A DNA stretch of 52,086 bases, taken from NCBI GenBank assembly GCA_002424495.1, contig DIKH01000397.1:54222-106307 (forward strand). Reading direction: 5' to 3'. The notes under the pieces are model-generated. The model saw only the letters and a list, made by a program, of their open reading frames with translations. It was not told where the DNA came from and made no database searches. The translations under genes and the position numbers were made by a program. Shown in pieces: positions 1 to 9,560 of this stretch (its first letter is position 1; each line of letters starts with the position of its first letter). The DNA is from Desulfobacteraceae bacterium UBA5623. Its GTDB lineage: Bacteria; Desulfobacterota; DSM-4660; Desulfatiglandales; Desulfatiglandaceae.

Positions 1-370
1 GATCTCTAAAGACCCTTTCAAAGTCTCGTGTCCAGTAGACTGTCTGTATGCCGGAGGTTGCCGTCGCCTGAACTTTTGTATATTTCTCTCCCTCCCACAG
101 GGCCGTATCTTCGTTGACTTCTCTGATGAAAAGGACTTCTTTATGCCTTTTTTCAGTTGCATCAGGGCATATCAGAAGAATGGTTTCTTCCTGATCAATT
201 CCGCTCAGGTAAAACAGGTCTGTATTCTGCACAAAGCTGTGCGAACCATCAGCATTGGTCGGCATGATGTCGTTGGAATTTACGACCGCAACTGACCCGG
301 GCTTAAGTTTGTCAGCCATTCGGGAGCGATTGCCGATAAACAGATTCCTGTCAATGGGTTGATATCTCAT
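1..370 (-). CDS. Aminopeptidase P (Xaa-Pro aminopeptidase) family protein, N-terminal ~123 codons only; gene continues past the left edge
   Basis: Not in the ORF track because it is open at the window edge. The reverse complement from ATG 370..368 reads MRYQPIDRNLFIGNRSRMADKLKPGSVAVVNSNDIMPTNADGSHSFVQNTDLFYLSGIDQEETILLI... with no stop down to base 1. It resembles the PepP N-domain (xQNSDFxYLTG-type motif). The start overlaps the upstream cytochrome stop by 1 nt (TGATG). Confidence 0.6.
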   Translation of the reverse strand, partial: MRYQPIDRNLFIGNRSRMADKLKPGSVAVVNSNDIMPTNADGSHSFVQNTDLFYLSGIDQEETILLICPDATEKRHKEVLFIREVNEDTALWEGEKYTKVQATATSGIQTVYWTRDFERVFRD

Positions 371-1650
371 CAATCTTCCCCCGGGAAGCTCTTAACCTCT
401 GACTGTATTTTTGCTTTTTTTGCCCTCATTTGTCCGGCAAGTTCTTTAATCTCCGTAAGATCCTTTATCATCTTCGCGTAGCCATACCATGTTGAGTAAT
501 CAAAATTCAGGTGAAATGCGCCCTGAAAGGTTTTCATCCTGTGGTCCATGAACATTTCATAGAGGATCTGTTCAATCTTTGTATCCACATCATAGAAAGC
601 CAGGAGATCAGGATAGGCTGCTGCGCCATCCTTTTTGATTATAATGTTATCCTTGTAAAGACCGGCCACAATCTCTATGGCCTCAGAAAAGATCCTGTCT
701 GCCTCTTTTACCATCAGATCGGCATTTTTCATGTTTTCGTTTACAAAATTTGGTGTATGACATTGTTTGCAGACATTTGTAAAATTTTCTCTTTCCGATT
801 GAAACTCTTCCTTTGTCAGTCTTGCAAATTTGCCGGTCTTGACGATTTCAAGCCTGGGTGTCGGCTGTCCCTGGATGTCCAGCACGCCCAGGGCCTTCAG
901 GATTGTGGTGCGATAGCCCAACCATTGCTTATCATCTTCCGGGAGGCGTACTGCCAGAAAACCCCATGCGGAAAAAACCCGATGATTTCCACCTGACATG
1001 TGGCAGGTCTGGCATTTGGGTGCACGATTCCTGTTTTGGGGATCTATATCCCGGTTAATAAGATAGGTCACTCCATGTTTTGCACCGGAATACATCTCCC
1101 ATTGGGCGTGGTCAAAGCCCATATGACATGTCATGCAGGCCTCCGGTTCAGACGCCTCTTTTTTTGAAAATGCGTGGCGGGTGTGGCAGCTCTGGCAGTC
1201 CATCCCGTAGCGATAATACCTTCTGTCCTCTGTCTGTCTTGCCTTCTGATCCCGCAGTCCCAGGGTGTGACATCCGCCGCAGCCCTTTTGCCCCTGGATA
1301 AGGGCTTTTGGCTGCATGTGGGTATAGGGCATTGCCTCAAGCGCCATAAGCCCCAGGGCGTGTTTGCCCGAGAGGTACTGCCCTGACTGTTCAGGATGAC
1401 ACTCCTCGCATGTGGCTATTGTTGGAAGCTGGGCCTTTTCAATATCTTTTTCACTGTTGTGTTCTATCCCGTGGCAATCGGTGCACGATATCTCCGCGGA
1501 CATCACGCTTCTTGCAAAATCCCTGATAATTCCTGGCGTGAGTTTGATGTGGCATTCTTCGCATGTGGTGGCCTTGGCCCATAGGGTGTTATATCCTGTG
1601 AACAGACTGATTAGGCAGCATGCAAATACAGCAAAAACATTTCCGAACAT
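370..1650 (-). CDS. Secreted octaheme c-type cytochrome (possibly hydroxylamine-oxidoreductase-like family)
   Basis: 426-aa ORF with a hydrophobic N-terminal signal-like segment. Eight CxxCH motifs are present: CEECH, CTDCH, CEECH, CGGCH, CQSCH, CMTCH, CQTCH, CKQCH. The multiheme call is firm; the HAO-like family assignment is only a guess from heme number and size. Confidence 0.8.
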   Translation of the reverse strand: MFGNVFAVFACCLISLFTGYNTLWAKATTCEECHIKLTPGIIRDFARSVMSAEISCTDCHGIEHNSEKDIEKAQLPTIATCEECHPEQSGQYLSGKHALGLMALEAMPYTHMQPKALIQGQKGCGGCHTLGLRDQKARQTEDRRYYRYGMDCQSCHTRHAFSKKEASEPEACMTCHMGFDHAQWEMYSGAKHGVTYLINRDIDPQNRNRAPKCQTCHMSGGNHRVFSAWGFLAVRLPEDDKQWLGYRTTILKALGVLDIQGQPTPRLEIVKTGKFARLTKEEFQSERENFTNVCKQCHTPNFVNENMKNADLMVKEADRIFSEAIEIVAGLYKDNIIIKKDGAAAYPDLLAFYDVDTKIEQILYEMFMDHRMKTFQGAFHLNFDYSTWYGYAKMIKDLTEIKELAGQMRAKKAKIQSEVKSFPGED

Positions 1651-1675
1651 TTTTTACTCCTTGAGATCATGTTTT

Positions 1676-3442
1676 CTAATGAAGATCCGACAGAAAGCGG
1701 TAGAGTGTGGCGCGCCCAACACCAAGAAGCCTGGCGGCCTTGGCCTTGTTATCTCCTGTCCTGGCAAGGGCGGCCCGAACATCCTCCATGACAAGCTTTC
1801 GCGCGGGACCGCGGGAGGCTTGGTCAATTTTATGCCTTGTTAATTCAGAAGGCAGATGTTCCGGCTTAATGATTGCGCCCCTGGACTTAATGATGGCAAA
1901 GCGGATAGCGCTCTGGAGCTCGCGCACGTTTCCAGGCCAGGGATAGTCAATCATAACGGCCATGGCCTCTTTTGAGACCCCCTTGGACATTTGCCCCATT
2001 TTCGCCGCCTGTTCCAGGAAGTTTTCAACCAGAAGCGGGATGTCTCCTTTTCTTTGTCTAAGCGCCGGCAGATAAACCGGGACCACATTGATCCGGTAAA
2101 AAAGATCATCCCTAAAATTACCCCTTTCCACCTCACTTTTGAGGTCACGATTGGCGGCGCTGATCAGTCGCACATCCACCGAAATCGTTTTTTCATCCCC
2201 CACGCGCTCGAAAGCGCCTTCCTGCAGGACCCTGAGCAATTTTGCCTGCACAACTTTTGGAAGATCCGCAACCTCGTCCAGAAACAATGTGCCCCCATGC
2301 GCAAGTTCGAAGCGGCCCTTTTTGTCGCGCATGGCCCCGGTAAACGCCCCCTTTACATGACCGAATAGTTCACTCTCAAGCAATCCCTCGGGCAGCGCGC
2401 TGCAGTTTACCGGTACAAAAAGATTTTTAGACCTGGGGCCTTGGTTGTGGATTGCGGCTGCGACCAATTCCTTGCCCGTGCCGCTCTCCCCCTGGATAAG
2501 CACAGGGACATCAATATCGCTGAGGTCTTTTATGGTTTCGTAGAGCTCACGCATTCTTGGGTCGGTGCCGATGATGCCGGAAAAACCTTGTCTTTCACGC
2601 ATACGTGCTGTGATGTCCTGTATAGTTCCAAGTGAACGAAGAGGGCCGTCCTGTTCATCATACTCGGTCCTGCATTTTTCCTGCACGTATTTTACAGTGC
2701 CGTCTTTTAGCAACAGGCGATGAACAATATCATAGCCGGTTTTATTCTTGACAGAATCGGTGTATGACCTGTCAACCAATTCCCGGTCATCAGGATGGAC
2801 AAGTTCCAGAAATGCCTCGTAGGTGGCGCTAAAGGCCAGTGGGCTCAGACCGAATATTTCGTATATTTCATCGGACCAGTAAAGAGTATTATTGACCAGG
2901 TCCAATTCCCAGTGTCCCAAAAGCGCCATATGAGCGGCCTCTTTGAGCCTTGCCTCTCTTTTTAATATTTCCCTCTGAGTCAGAATTTGCTCTGTTGCGT
3001 CATCAATCGCAAGCATTATAAATCGGGACTTGTTGTTGTCGTCAAATGTCTTGCGGGCGTTAATGTACAATATTTTGAAGCCGATGTTTTTGAATTCATG
3101 CTCTATTTTGAAATCTTCAGAGGCAGCGTCTTTGTGAACAATATCTTCCAGAAGTGACTTCAATTCAGGTATATCCCATTGGCCGTTATTGCCTTCATAT
3201 AACAACTTTCCTTGAATCTGCCGCGGCGTTATCCTGAATAGTTTGTAGAAAGAACGGGTTGCTGTTACGATCCTCAGCCTTTCGTCCAGTATGACCAGGG
3301 GCTCACGTATGGTTTCTACAAGGTTCTTTGCGAAATTTCGTGTCTTCTGGACAGACTGCTCCAAATGTCTGACCTTGGTCAGTTCTATTTCTAACTGCCT
3401 GATTCTTTCCAGCAGTTGATCATATGTAGGCTTGTCGGCCAT
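1676..3442 (-). CDS. Sigma-54-dependent transcriptional activator with N-terminal PAS domains (no receiver domain)
   Basis: AAA+ enhancer-binding-protein motifs GESGTGKE, ESELFGHVKGAFTGA and a C-terminal Fis-type HTH (NKAKAARLLGVGRATLYRFL). I prefer ATG 3442 (MADKPTYDQL...), which is preceded by GGAGAT, over the TTG at 3487 used by the ORF track. Confidence 0.85.
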   Translation of the reverse strand: MADKPTYDQLLERIRQLEIELTKVRHLEQSVQKTRNFAKNLVETIREPLVILDERLRIVTATRSFYKLFRITPRQIQGKLLYEGNNGQWDIPELKSLLEDIVHKDAASEDFKIEHEFKNIGFKILYINARKTFDDNNKSRFIMLAIDDATEQILTQREILKREARLKEAAHMALLGHWELDLVNNTLYWSDEIYEIFGLSPLAFSATYEAFLELVHPDDRELVDRSYTDSVKNKTGYDIVHRLLLKDGTVKYVQEKCRTEYDEQDGPLRSLGTIQDITARMRERQGFSGIIGTDPRMRELYETIKDLSDIDVPVLIQGESGTGKELVAAAIHNQGPRSKNLFVPVNCSALPEGLLESELFGHVKGAFTGAMRDKKGRFELAHGGTLFLDEVADLPKVVQAKLLRVLQEGAFERVGDEKTISVDVRLISAANRDLKSEVERGNFRDDLFYRINVVPVYLPALRQRKGDIPLLVENFLEQAAKMGQMSKGVSKEAMAVMIDYPWPGNVRELQSAIRFAIIKSRGAIIKPEHLPSELTRHKIDQASRGPARKLVMEDVRAALARTGDNKAKAARLLGVGRATLYRFLSDLH

Positions 3443-3946
3443 CAGGATCTCCGGACTGATTTGGAAACAGTTGGCTTGAAGCAACAAGTTTGAGACGATA
3501 ACGGACGACTCAAACTTGGCTTAGGAAAAAAATATAGTGAATTTCAGGTATTGTGTCAAGTCTATCAGCTGATAAGGCTCCTTACTTATCATGGGTGTAT
3601 ATTATGTGGCTTTAATCGGATTGCTGTCTCATGAGACATCTTTGCCTCATTACGTCAAATGATACATTTTAGGGAATGGTTAAAGATTTGGTTCCAGAAA
3701 ACAAGCGGCATTTCAATTGGATACAGTCAAAACTGAAGGCATGGTCGTCTTTGGGTTTTTCTTGAAGGTGTCTCAATATGTTTTTCGACTAATGGTCGGT
3801 AAATATATTTAAATAATATAACATTTTGATATTAAAGACAAATATTTACTGGTCATGTGATTGTAATACTTTGGCATGGATGTTGAACTATTAATTTGAG
3901 GTAATAATGGTTCCTGACTGAGGGTTTTCAGTATTGGAGGTATACT

Positions 3947-6031
3947 ATGAATTCATTGGAAATAAAAAAAAACGCAAGAAATCTTTTGGCCCTCGAGAAG
4001 AGTCCTTACCTCCTTCAGCACGCTGAAAATCCTGTTGATTGGCGGCCCTGGGGAGAAGAGGCCTTTAGCCAGGCGCAAAAAGAGGAAAAGCCGATATTTC
4101 TTTCCATCGGCTATGCCACGTGCCACTGGTGTCATGTGATGGCACGTGAGTCGTTTGAAGATGATGAAGTCGCCCAGGTCTTGAATCAATACTTCGTCGC
4201 CATAAAAGTGGACAGGGAAGAGCGGCCCGATATTGATAACCTGTATATGTCCGTATGTCAGGCAATGACCGGCAGCGGTGGATGGCCCCTTTCCGTATTC
4301 ATGACTCCTGAGGCCAAGCCATTTTATGCGGGAACATATTTTCCCAAGGTGGGTAGGCTGGGCCTTCCCGGCTTCATTGATATTTTAAGACACATCGCTT
4401 CAGTGTGGGAAAAGGATCGCGATCGCCTCCTGGAGGCGGGTAATACAGTGACCAATCATATAAGCCATTCGGCTGCCCTTGAAAAGGCGCCGGTCCTTAT
4501 CGGAATTGATATCCTCAAAGACTGCGGCCGGATTTTAAAGGCAAGCTTTGATCCGATAAACGGAGGTTTTGGCTCTTCGCCGAAATTTCCCACCCCTCAT
4601 CAACTGACTTATCTTCTGAGATGGTATATCAGAAGCGGGGATAAAGATTCTCTGAAAATGGTTGAAAAGACCCTGGATGGCATGCGGTCAGGGGGGATAT
4701 TTGATCAGATCGGGTTTGGTTTTCACAGATATTCCGTGGATGCTAAGTGGCTGGTGCCCCATTTTGAAAAGATGCTTTATGATCAGGCCATGCTTGCAAT
4801 TGCCTTTACAGAGGCATTTCAGGTAACAGGAAAGAAAATATTCCGAGACACTGCAAACGAGATATTTGCCTATGTGCTGAGAGATATGACTTCTGCCGGA
4901 GGGGGATTTTATTCTGCCGAAGATGCGGACAGCGAGGGCAGGGAAGGGCTATTCTATATATGGACCCCCGAAGAGATCAAGGCCCACCTGGGCGATGAAC
5001 CGGGAGAACTTGTCTGTCGTTTTTACGGGATAACCGACAAAGGTAATTTTGAAGACGGCTTCAGCATTCCTCATATGCCGGCACAGGCCGAGACTTTTGC
5101 AACTCATCAGGGAATTGGTTTGTTAGAGCTTGGGAAAATTCTTGAAGATGCAAGAAACAGGCTTTTTCATGAGCGACAAAAACGGGTGCATCCGCTGAAG
5201 GATGATAAGATATTGACGTCCTGGAATGGACTTATGATCGCAGCATTAGCCAGGGGTTATCAGGTCTTTGAAAATAACGCCTATGCAGATGCCGCAAGCA
5301 ACGCAGCAGGCCTTATACTGAGCAGGCTCAGAGATAAAGAAGGCAGATTGCTTCGCCGGTACAGACAGTCAGAGGCAGCCTATCCCGGCTATCTTGATGA
5401 TTACGCATTTTTTGTATGGGGCCTGATAGAACTCTATGAGGCGACGTTTGAGGTCAAATGGCTTCAAGAGGCGATTGAGTTAAATAAAGACATGATCGAG
5501 ATTTTTTGGGATGAGAAAGACGGGGGGCTTTTTTTTACGGGAAAAGGAAATGAAACACTGATTACACGGGTCAAAGATATATATGACGGTGCGCTTCCTT
5601 CGGGAAATTCTGTTGCGGCCATGAATTTTCTTCGCCTTGGCCGCATGACCGGCAACACTGAGCTTGAGCAGAAGGCAGAACAATTGATTCATGTCTTTTC
5701 AAGTAAGCTGACTTCCTACCCTCCTGCCTATACACAAATGCTGACTGCACTGGATTTCATGATCGGGCCTCAAAAGGAGATTGTGATAGCCGGAGATCCT
5801 GCGGATAAAGACACTCTAAAAATGATAAGATCAGTTCGCAATAAATTCATTCCCAACAAGGTGTTTCTCTTAAGACACTATGGAAATGAAGGCAGAAGCC
5901 TTGTATCTCTTGCTCCTTTTGTTGGGGCGATGAATCCTGTAAACGGGCGGCCAACAGTATACATCTGCGAGCAGTATGCCTGTAAAAGACCTGTTACGGA
6001 ACTGGATGAATTGGAAAAAGTCCTTGGATAG
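3947..6031 (+). CDS. DUF255 thioredoxin-domain protein (YyaL / SSP411-like, thioredoxin fold plus six-hairpin glycosidase-like domain)
   Basis: 694 aa. The N-terminal reads [13 protein letters not shown]...[16 protein letters not shown], typical of the family. GGAGG lies upstream of the ATG. Confidence 0.8.
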   Translation: MNSLEIKKNARNLLALEKSPYLLQHAENPVDWRPWGEEAFSQAQKEEKPIFLSIGYATCHWCHVMARESFEDDEVAQVLNQYFVAIKVDREERPDIDNLYMSVCQAMTGSGGWPLSVFMTPEAKPFYAGTYFPKVGRLGLPGFIDILRHIASVWEKDRDRLLEAGNTVTNHISHSAALEKAPVLIGIDILKDCGRILKASFDPINGGFGSSPKFPTPHQLTYLLRWYIRSGDKDSLKMVEKTLDGMRSGGIFDQIGFGFHRYSVDAKWLVPHFEKMLYDQAMLAIAFTEAFQVTGKKIFRDTANEIFAYVLRDMTSAGGGFYSAEDADSEGREGLFYIWTPEEIKAHLGDEPGELVCRFYGITDKGNFEDGFSIPHMPAQAETFATHQGIGLLELGKILEDARNRLFHERQKRVHPLKDDKILTSWNGLMIAALARGYQVFENNAYADAASNAAGLILSRLRDKEGRLLRRYRQSEAAYPGYLDDYAFFVWGLIELYEATFEVKWLQEAIELNKDMIEIFWDEKDGGLFFTGKGNETLITRVKDIYDGALPSGNSVAAMNFLRLGRMTGNTELEQKAEQLIHVFSSKLTSYPPAYTQMLTALDFMIGPQKEIVIAGDPADKDTLKMIRSVRNKFIPNKVFLLRHYGNEGRSLVSLAPFVGAMNPVNGRPTVYICEQYACKRPVTELDELEKVLG

Positions 6032-6251
6032 TAAAAAACTATAATAGCTGGTTGACTCATATTCCATATTCTCCTATATTTCATGGCATCCTTTCAATTA
6101 TTACAAATTTTCTCCTGCAATTGAAGGTTGTATTTATGAGGCCGGACGACACATTCTATAAAGAAACAGAACAGGCCCAAATGCTGTTGAATAATTCAAT
6201 GGCAGAAAAGGCTATTGCCAAAACAGATGTCCTTTTTTCAAAAACCAACCC

Positions 6252-7574
6252 GTGACGACAGACAAAGACAAAAAAAGCAGATTCGGATGGTGTCTGTACG
6301 ACTGGGCCAACTCCGCTTTTGCGACCACGATTCTGGCTGCGGTTCTTCCTGTCTACTTTGCTGAAACCATCGTACCTGCAGAAGGTGTTGATCTTACCTT
6401 TATGGGTCTTAAGGACAGGCTTTGCGCCACAAGTCTCTGGGGCTATGCAGGCGGTCTTGCCTCCCTGTTGATCCTTATTTCCGCCCCGACACTGGGGGGA
6501 ATTGCTGACAGGGGCAAAAAAAAGAAATTATTTTTAATGTTATTCTGCTATGTTGGCTCATTTATGACCTGCCTTTTATTTTTTAGCAGTGCAAACGACG
6601 TATTTTATACCCTGATCCTCTTTTCTCTGGCCCAGTATTGTTTCGTGGCTGGAAACGTATTCTATGACTCCTTCCTGCCGCTTCTTGCAAAGGGCCCTGA
6701 TATGGACCTGCTCTCCGGTCAGGGTTATGCCCTGGGTTATCTCGGCGGGGGAGCACTTCTTGCCTTGAGTTTTCTGTTCATACAGCCAAGTCATCTGATC
6801 GGCATTGACAAAGACATGGCAGTAAGGATTTCTTTGGCTGCAGCAGGCATCTGGTGGGCCATGTTCGGGACAGTCTCATTTTCCTTGTTTCATGAGGAAA
6901 AAGCAATATCCGCCGGCCGCGACAGCCTTGGCCGGGCCGCGGTCGAGGGACTGCGCAGGACCTTGGAGACCATAAGGACGGTGTCCAGAGACAGAGATGT
7001 CATGATATTTCTTGTGGCATACATGATTTATAATGATGCGGTTCAGACCATAATCAGGATGTCATCCATTTACGGCAAGGAAGAACTCCGCCTTTCCACC
7101 GGCACACTATTGGGCACACTGCTTATGGTGCAGTTTATTGGCATAGGCGGAGCGCTATTTATTTCGTGGATCTCCGGAAGGTTTGGAGCGAGAAAGACAA
7201 TAATGGGGGTTCTCCTTGCCTGGGTGGCCTTGACCCTCTTTGCCAGCGCCATGAAGACATCAGCGGAGTTCTGGGTGCTGGGGGTGGCAGTTGGCCTCAT
7301 TCTTGGCGGGACCCAGGCCCTTTCAAGGTCATTCTACGGCGGTATTATCCCAAAAGATCAATCAGCAGAATTCTTTGGCTATTTTTCTGTGTTCGAGAAG
7401 TTATCCGCGATCTGGGGCCCGATTCTATTTGCCTTTATACGTCAGACGACAGGCACATCCAGACTTTCCATCCTGTCCCTTTCACTGTTCTTTCTTGTGG
7501 GATGGGTTCTTCTATTTTTCGTAAGGGACAAGGTCCCTTTGCTGATTCCAGGATCATCCCAACTTGATAATTAA
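6252..7574 (+). CDS. MFS transporter, UMF1 (Atg22-like) family
   Basis: 440 aa with many hydrophobic segments. The N-terminal WCLYDWANSAF motif is typical of UMF1 transporters. GTG start. Confidence 0.7.
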   Translation: MTTDKDKKSRFGWCLYDWANSAFATTILAAVLPVYFAETIVPAEGVDLTFMGLKDRLCATSLWGYAGGLASLLILISAPTLGGIADRGKKKKLFLMLFCYVGSFMTCLLFFSSANDVFYTLILFSLAQYCFVAGNVFYDSFLPLLAKGPDMDLLSGQGYALGYLGGGALLALSFLFIQPSHLIGIDKDMAVRISLAAAGIWWAMFGTVSFSLFHEEKAISAGRDSLGRAAVEGLRRTLETIRTVSRDRDVMIFLVAYMIYNDAVQTIIRMSSIYGKEELRLSTGTLLGTLLMVQFIGIGGALFISWISGRFGARKTIMGVLLAWVALTLFASAMKTSAEFWVLGVAVGLILGGTQALSRSFYGGIIPKDQSAEFFGYFSVFEKLSAIWGPILFAFIRQTTGTSRLSILSLSLFFLVGWVLLFFVRDKVPLLIPGSSQLDN

Positions 7575-7946
7575 CGGAACAACATGGAGCTTTTTTGATA
7601 CCTCGTTGGTGCGGCCCAGACGCCAGTCTGCGCATTTTGCCTTTCCTTCCAGCAGACGGTCAATTTCCTGAACCACGCCCTTGACGTCTATAATCGGGTG
7701 GCGATTGAAAACCTGTGGAAGGCCGTAGGTGACACTGCACACCAGGCACTTTCCCGGCCGTTCCTTCAGGTGAAATTCAAAATGGAGTTCGTTTTTGCTG
7801 TTGCCCCTGAATTCCAGACTGATGTCATATGCACCTTCCGAGGCATCTCCATAAAGGGCGTCAAAGAAATTGTCTGAACGGTCTGAAGGGAAGATTATTT
7901 TCAGCGCATCAGGAGTAAAAATATCACTAAATGATTGCTCTGCCAT
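7554..7946 (-). CDS. Hypothetical small cytoplasmic protein
   Basis: ORF 7554..8000. I prefer ATG 7946 (MAEQSFSDIF...). No recognisable motif. Converges on and overlaps the MFS gene end by about 21 nt. Confidence 0.45.
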   Translation of the reverse strand: MAEQSFSDIFTPDALKIIFPSDRSDNFFDALYGDASEGAYDISLEFRGNSKNELHFEFHLKERPGKCLVCSVTYGLPQVFNRHPIIDVKGVVQEIDRLLEGKAKCADWRLGRTNEVSKKLHVVPLIIKLG

Positions 7947-8376
7947 ATATATTAACCACCTGAAAATATAAAATGATGCTGGCTTTTTTCCAGCCCGCAC
8001 TTGTCATTGAAAGCCAAAATATTTTCGTCGCAGCATATAACAAAAGAGCAGATTCATCAATTTATTTTGTCTTCTGTTGGGATAACATTAAATCAGGGTT
8101 TTTCGAATACTCTGAAACTCCTAACACAATGTTGTATAATCAAACTCCACTGTTTAAAAAAACGACATTTCAATAATGTCTTAGATTACGAAGAGTTATT
8201 GGACTCAATAGAATAAAAATCAATTCCTGGTGTATAATACCCCTGCACTTTCTTTGTTCTCTTTATTCTACTCCTTCCTGTTTTTCCTTCCTCAAATTCC
8301 GATATATGGGTGCTCTAAAACTATAAACTAAGCATATCAATAGGTTATATAGATGACTGCCTGCATCTGTCTCTGA

Positions 8377-8392
8377 TGGCACATTCCGTGCT
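8377..8392 (+). promoter_or_regulatory. Candidate sigma-54 (-24/-12) promoter
   Basis: TGGCAC-attcc-GTGCT compared with the consensus TGGCAC-N5-TTGCW. GG and GC have correct spacing. It lies about 55 nt upstream of ATG 8445. Confidence 0.6.
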
Positions 8393-8444
8393 TTTATACG
8401 TTTACAATATTACTCAATAAAACTCATGGAAAGGAGAATGGAAA

Positions 8445-9428
8445 ATGGACGAGAAAAAAAGACAGATAGGCTACGGATCATCATACAGAAAGGGAAGCGG
8501 TCAGGACCTGGGGACCAAGGCTGAAATCGGCGCTGTCCTTGGAGGTCAGGTCTGGATGGTTAAACCTGATAAGGACGCAAAATCGGCAAACCCATGTGTC
8601 TGGATGCAGGCAGGTGTTGTGGAATTCAAGAATTGCAACAATTTTTATGACTGTACTACCTGTAAATATGATTTAGGTATGAATAAAAGGGTCAGTGAAA
8701 ACAAGCAGATCAGCTGGCAGGCGGCTATGAGAAAAAGGCCCGGTCTTGAGAGGGTCTGTAGACACAGTCTTACAAATCGCATAGAAAAAAGGTCGTGCGC
8801 CTATGATTTTGAATGCTCCAAGTGCGACTTTGATCAGTTTTTCGAGGACGTATGGACCGCTAAGACCAAAAGCCTTCCATATGAAATGCACCAGGTCAAG
8901 GGCTTTGATATCCCCATGGGCTATTACTTTCATAACGGGCACACCTGGGTGAGGATTGAAAGCGGCGGATACATCCGGGTCGGCCTTGATGATTTTGCCT
9001 TAAAACTCCTGGGAAAGGCGGACGCCCTTGAGCTTCCAAATATCGGCAAGGAACTGGATGCTGACAAGATAGGCTGGGGTCTTAAGCGGAAAGACAACTC
9101 GGCAGAGGTGCTTTCTCCTATTAATGGCGTAATCATGGAGGTCAATTCAAGTGTAAGGGAAAATCCTGAGCAGGCAAACCAGGAACCTTATGGTGGGGGA
9201 TGGCTTTTCATGGTCCATAGTCCTGATATAAAAGCTGCTGCAAAGCAGCTTATGGATGACACCGCAAGCCTTGGATGGATCAATGGCGAGGTCAGTAAAC
9301 TTGAAAATATGATAGAAGAAAAGGCAGGCCCCCTTGCAGCCGACGGCGGTTTTTTAACCGATGATATCTACGGAAACCTCCCGGATCTAGGTTGGAAGAA
9401 TCTGGCAAAGACCTTTCTCAGGACCTGA
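8445..9428 (+). CDS. Cys-rich GcvH-fold protein, paralogue 1 (2 x C-X12-C-X5-C-X2-C plus glycine-cleavage-H-like domain)
   Basis: The C-terminal half reads as a GcvH/lipoyl-type fold (GHTWVRIE...IRVGLDDFA...LSPINGVIMEVN...EPYGGGWLFMV). The N-terminal half carries two 4-Cys motifs. About 45-50 percent identical by eye to the next gene. Confidence 0.65.
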   Translation: MDEKKRQIGYGSSYRKGSGQDLGTKAEIGAVLGGQVWMVKPDKDAKSANPCVWMQAGVVEFKNCNNFYDCTTCKYDLGMNKRVSENKQISWQAAMRKRPGLERVCRHSLTNRIEKRSCAYDFECSKCDFDQFFEDVWTAKTKSLPYEMHQVKGFDIPMGYYFHNGHTWVRIESGGYIRVGLDDFALKLLGKADALELPNIGKELDADKIGWGLKRKDNSAEVLSPINGVIMEVNSSVRENPEQANQEPYGGGWLFMVHSPDIKAAAKQLMDDTASLGWINGEVSKLENMIEEKAGPLAADGGFLTDDIYGNLPDLGWKNLAKTFLRT

Positions 9429-9560
9429 TAATAAAGCGGTTAGCCATTGCCTTATGCCTATTAGATCAATGATGGTTTTTGAAATCCTTTAGCTAAAAGC
9501 TAAATGCCAGCAGCTAAAAGCTGTTAAACAATCAATTTCCAAGACAGGGAAGGGCCAGAC

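Noticed and set aside
3443-3487. N-terminal extensions from upstream alternative starts chosen by the ORF track: TTG at 3487, 35656 and 41375, and the upstream in-frame start at 8000.
   Set aside because: In each case a downstream ATG has a better Shine-Dalgarno or sits exactly at the upstream gene's stop. The extensions add no recognisable domain.
6052-6255. 67-aa ORF between the DUF255 gene and the MFS transporter.
   Set aside because: It has no motif and no convincing RBS, and it overlaps the GTG start of the MFS gene. I left it unannotated, although a small leader peptide cannot be excluded.
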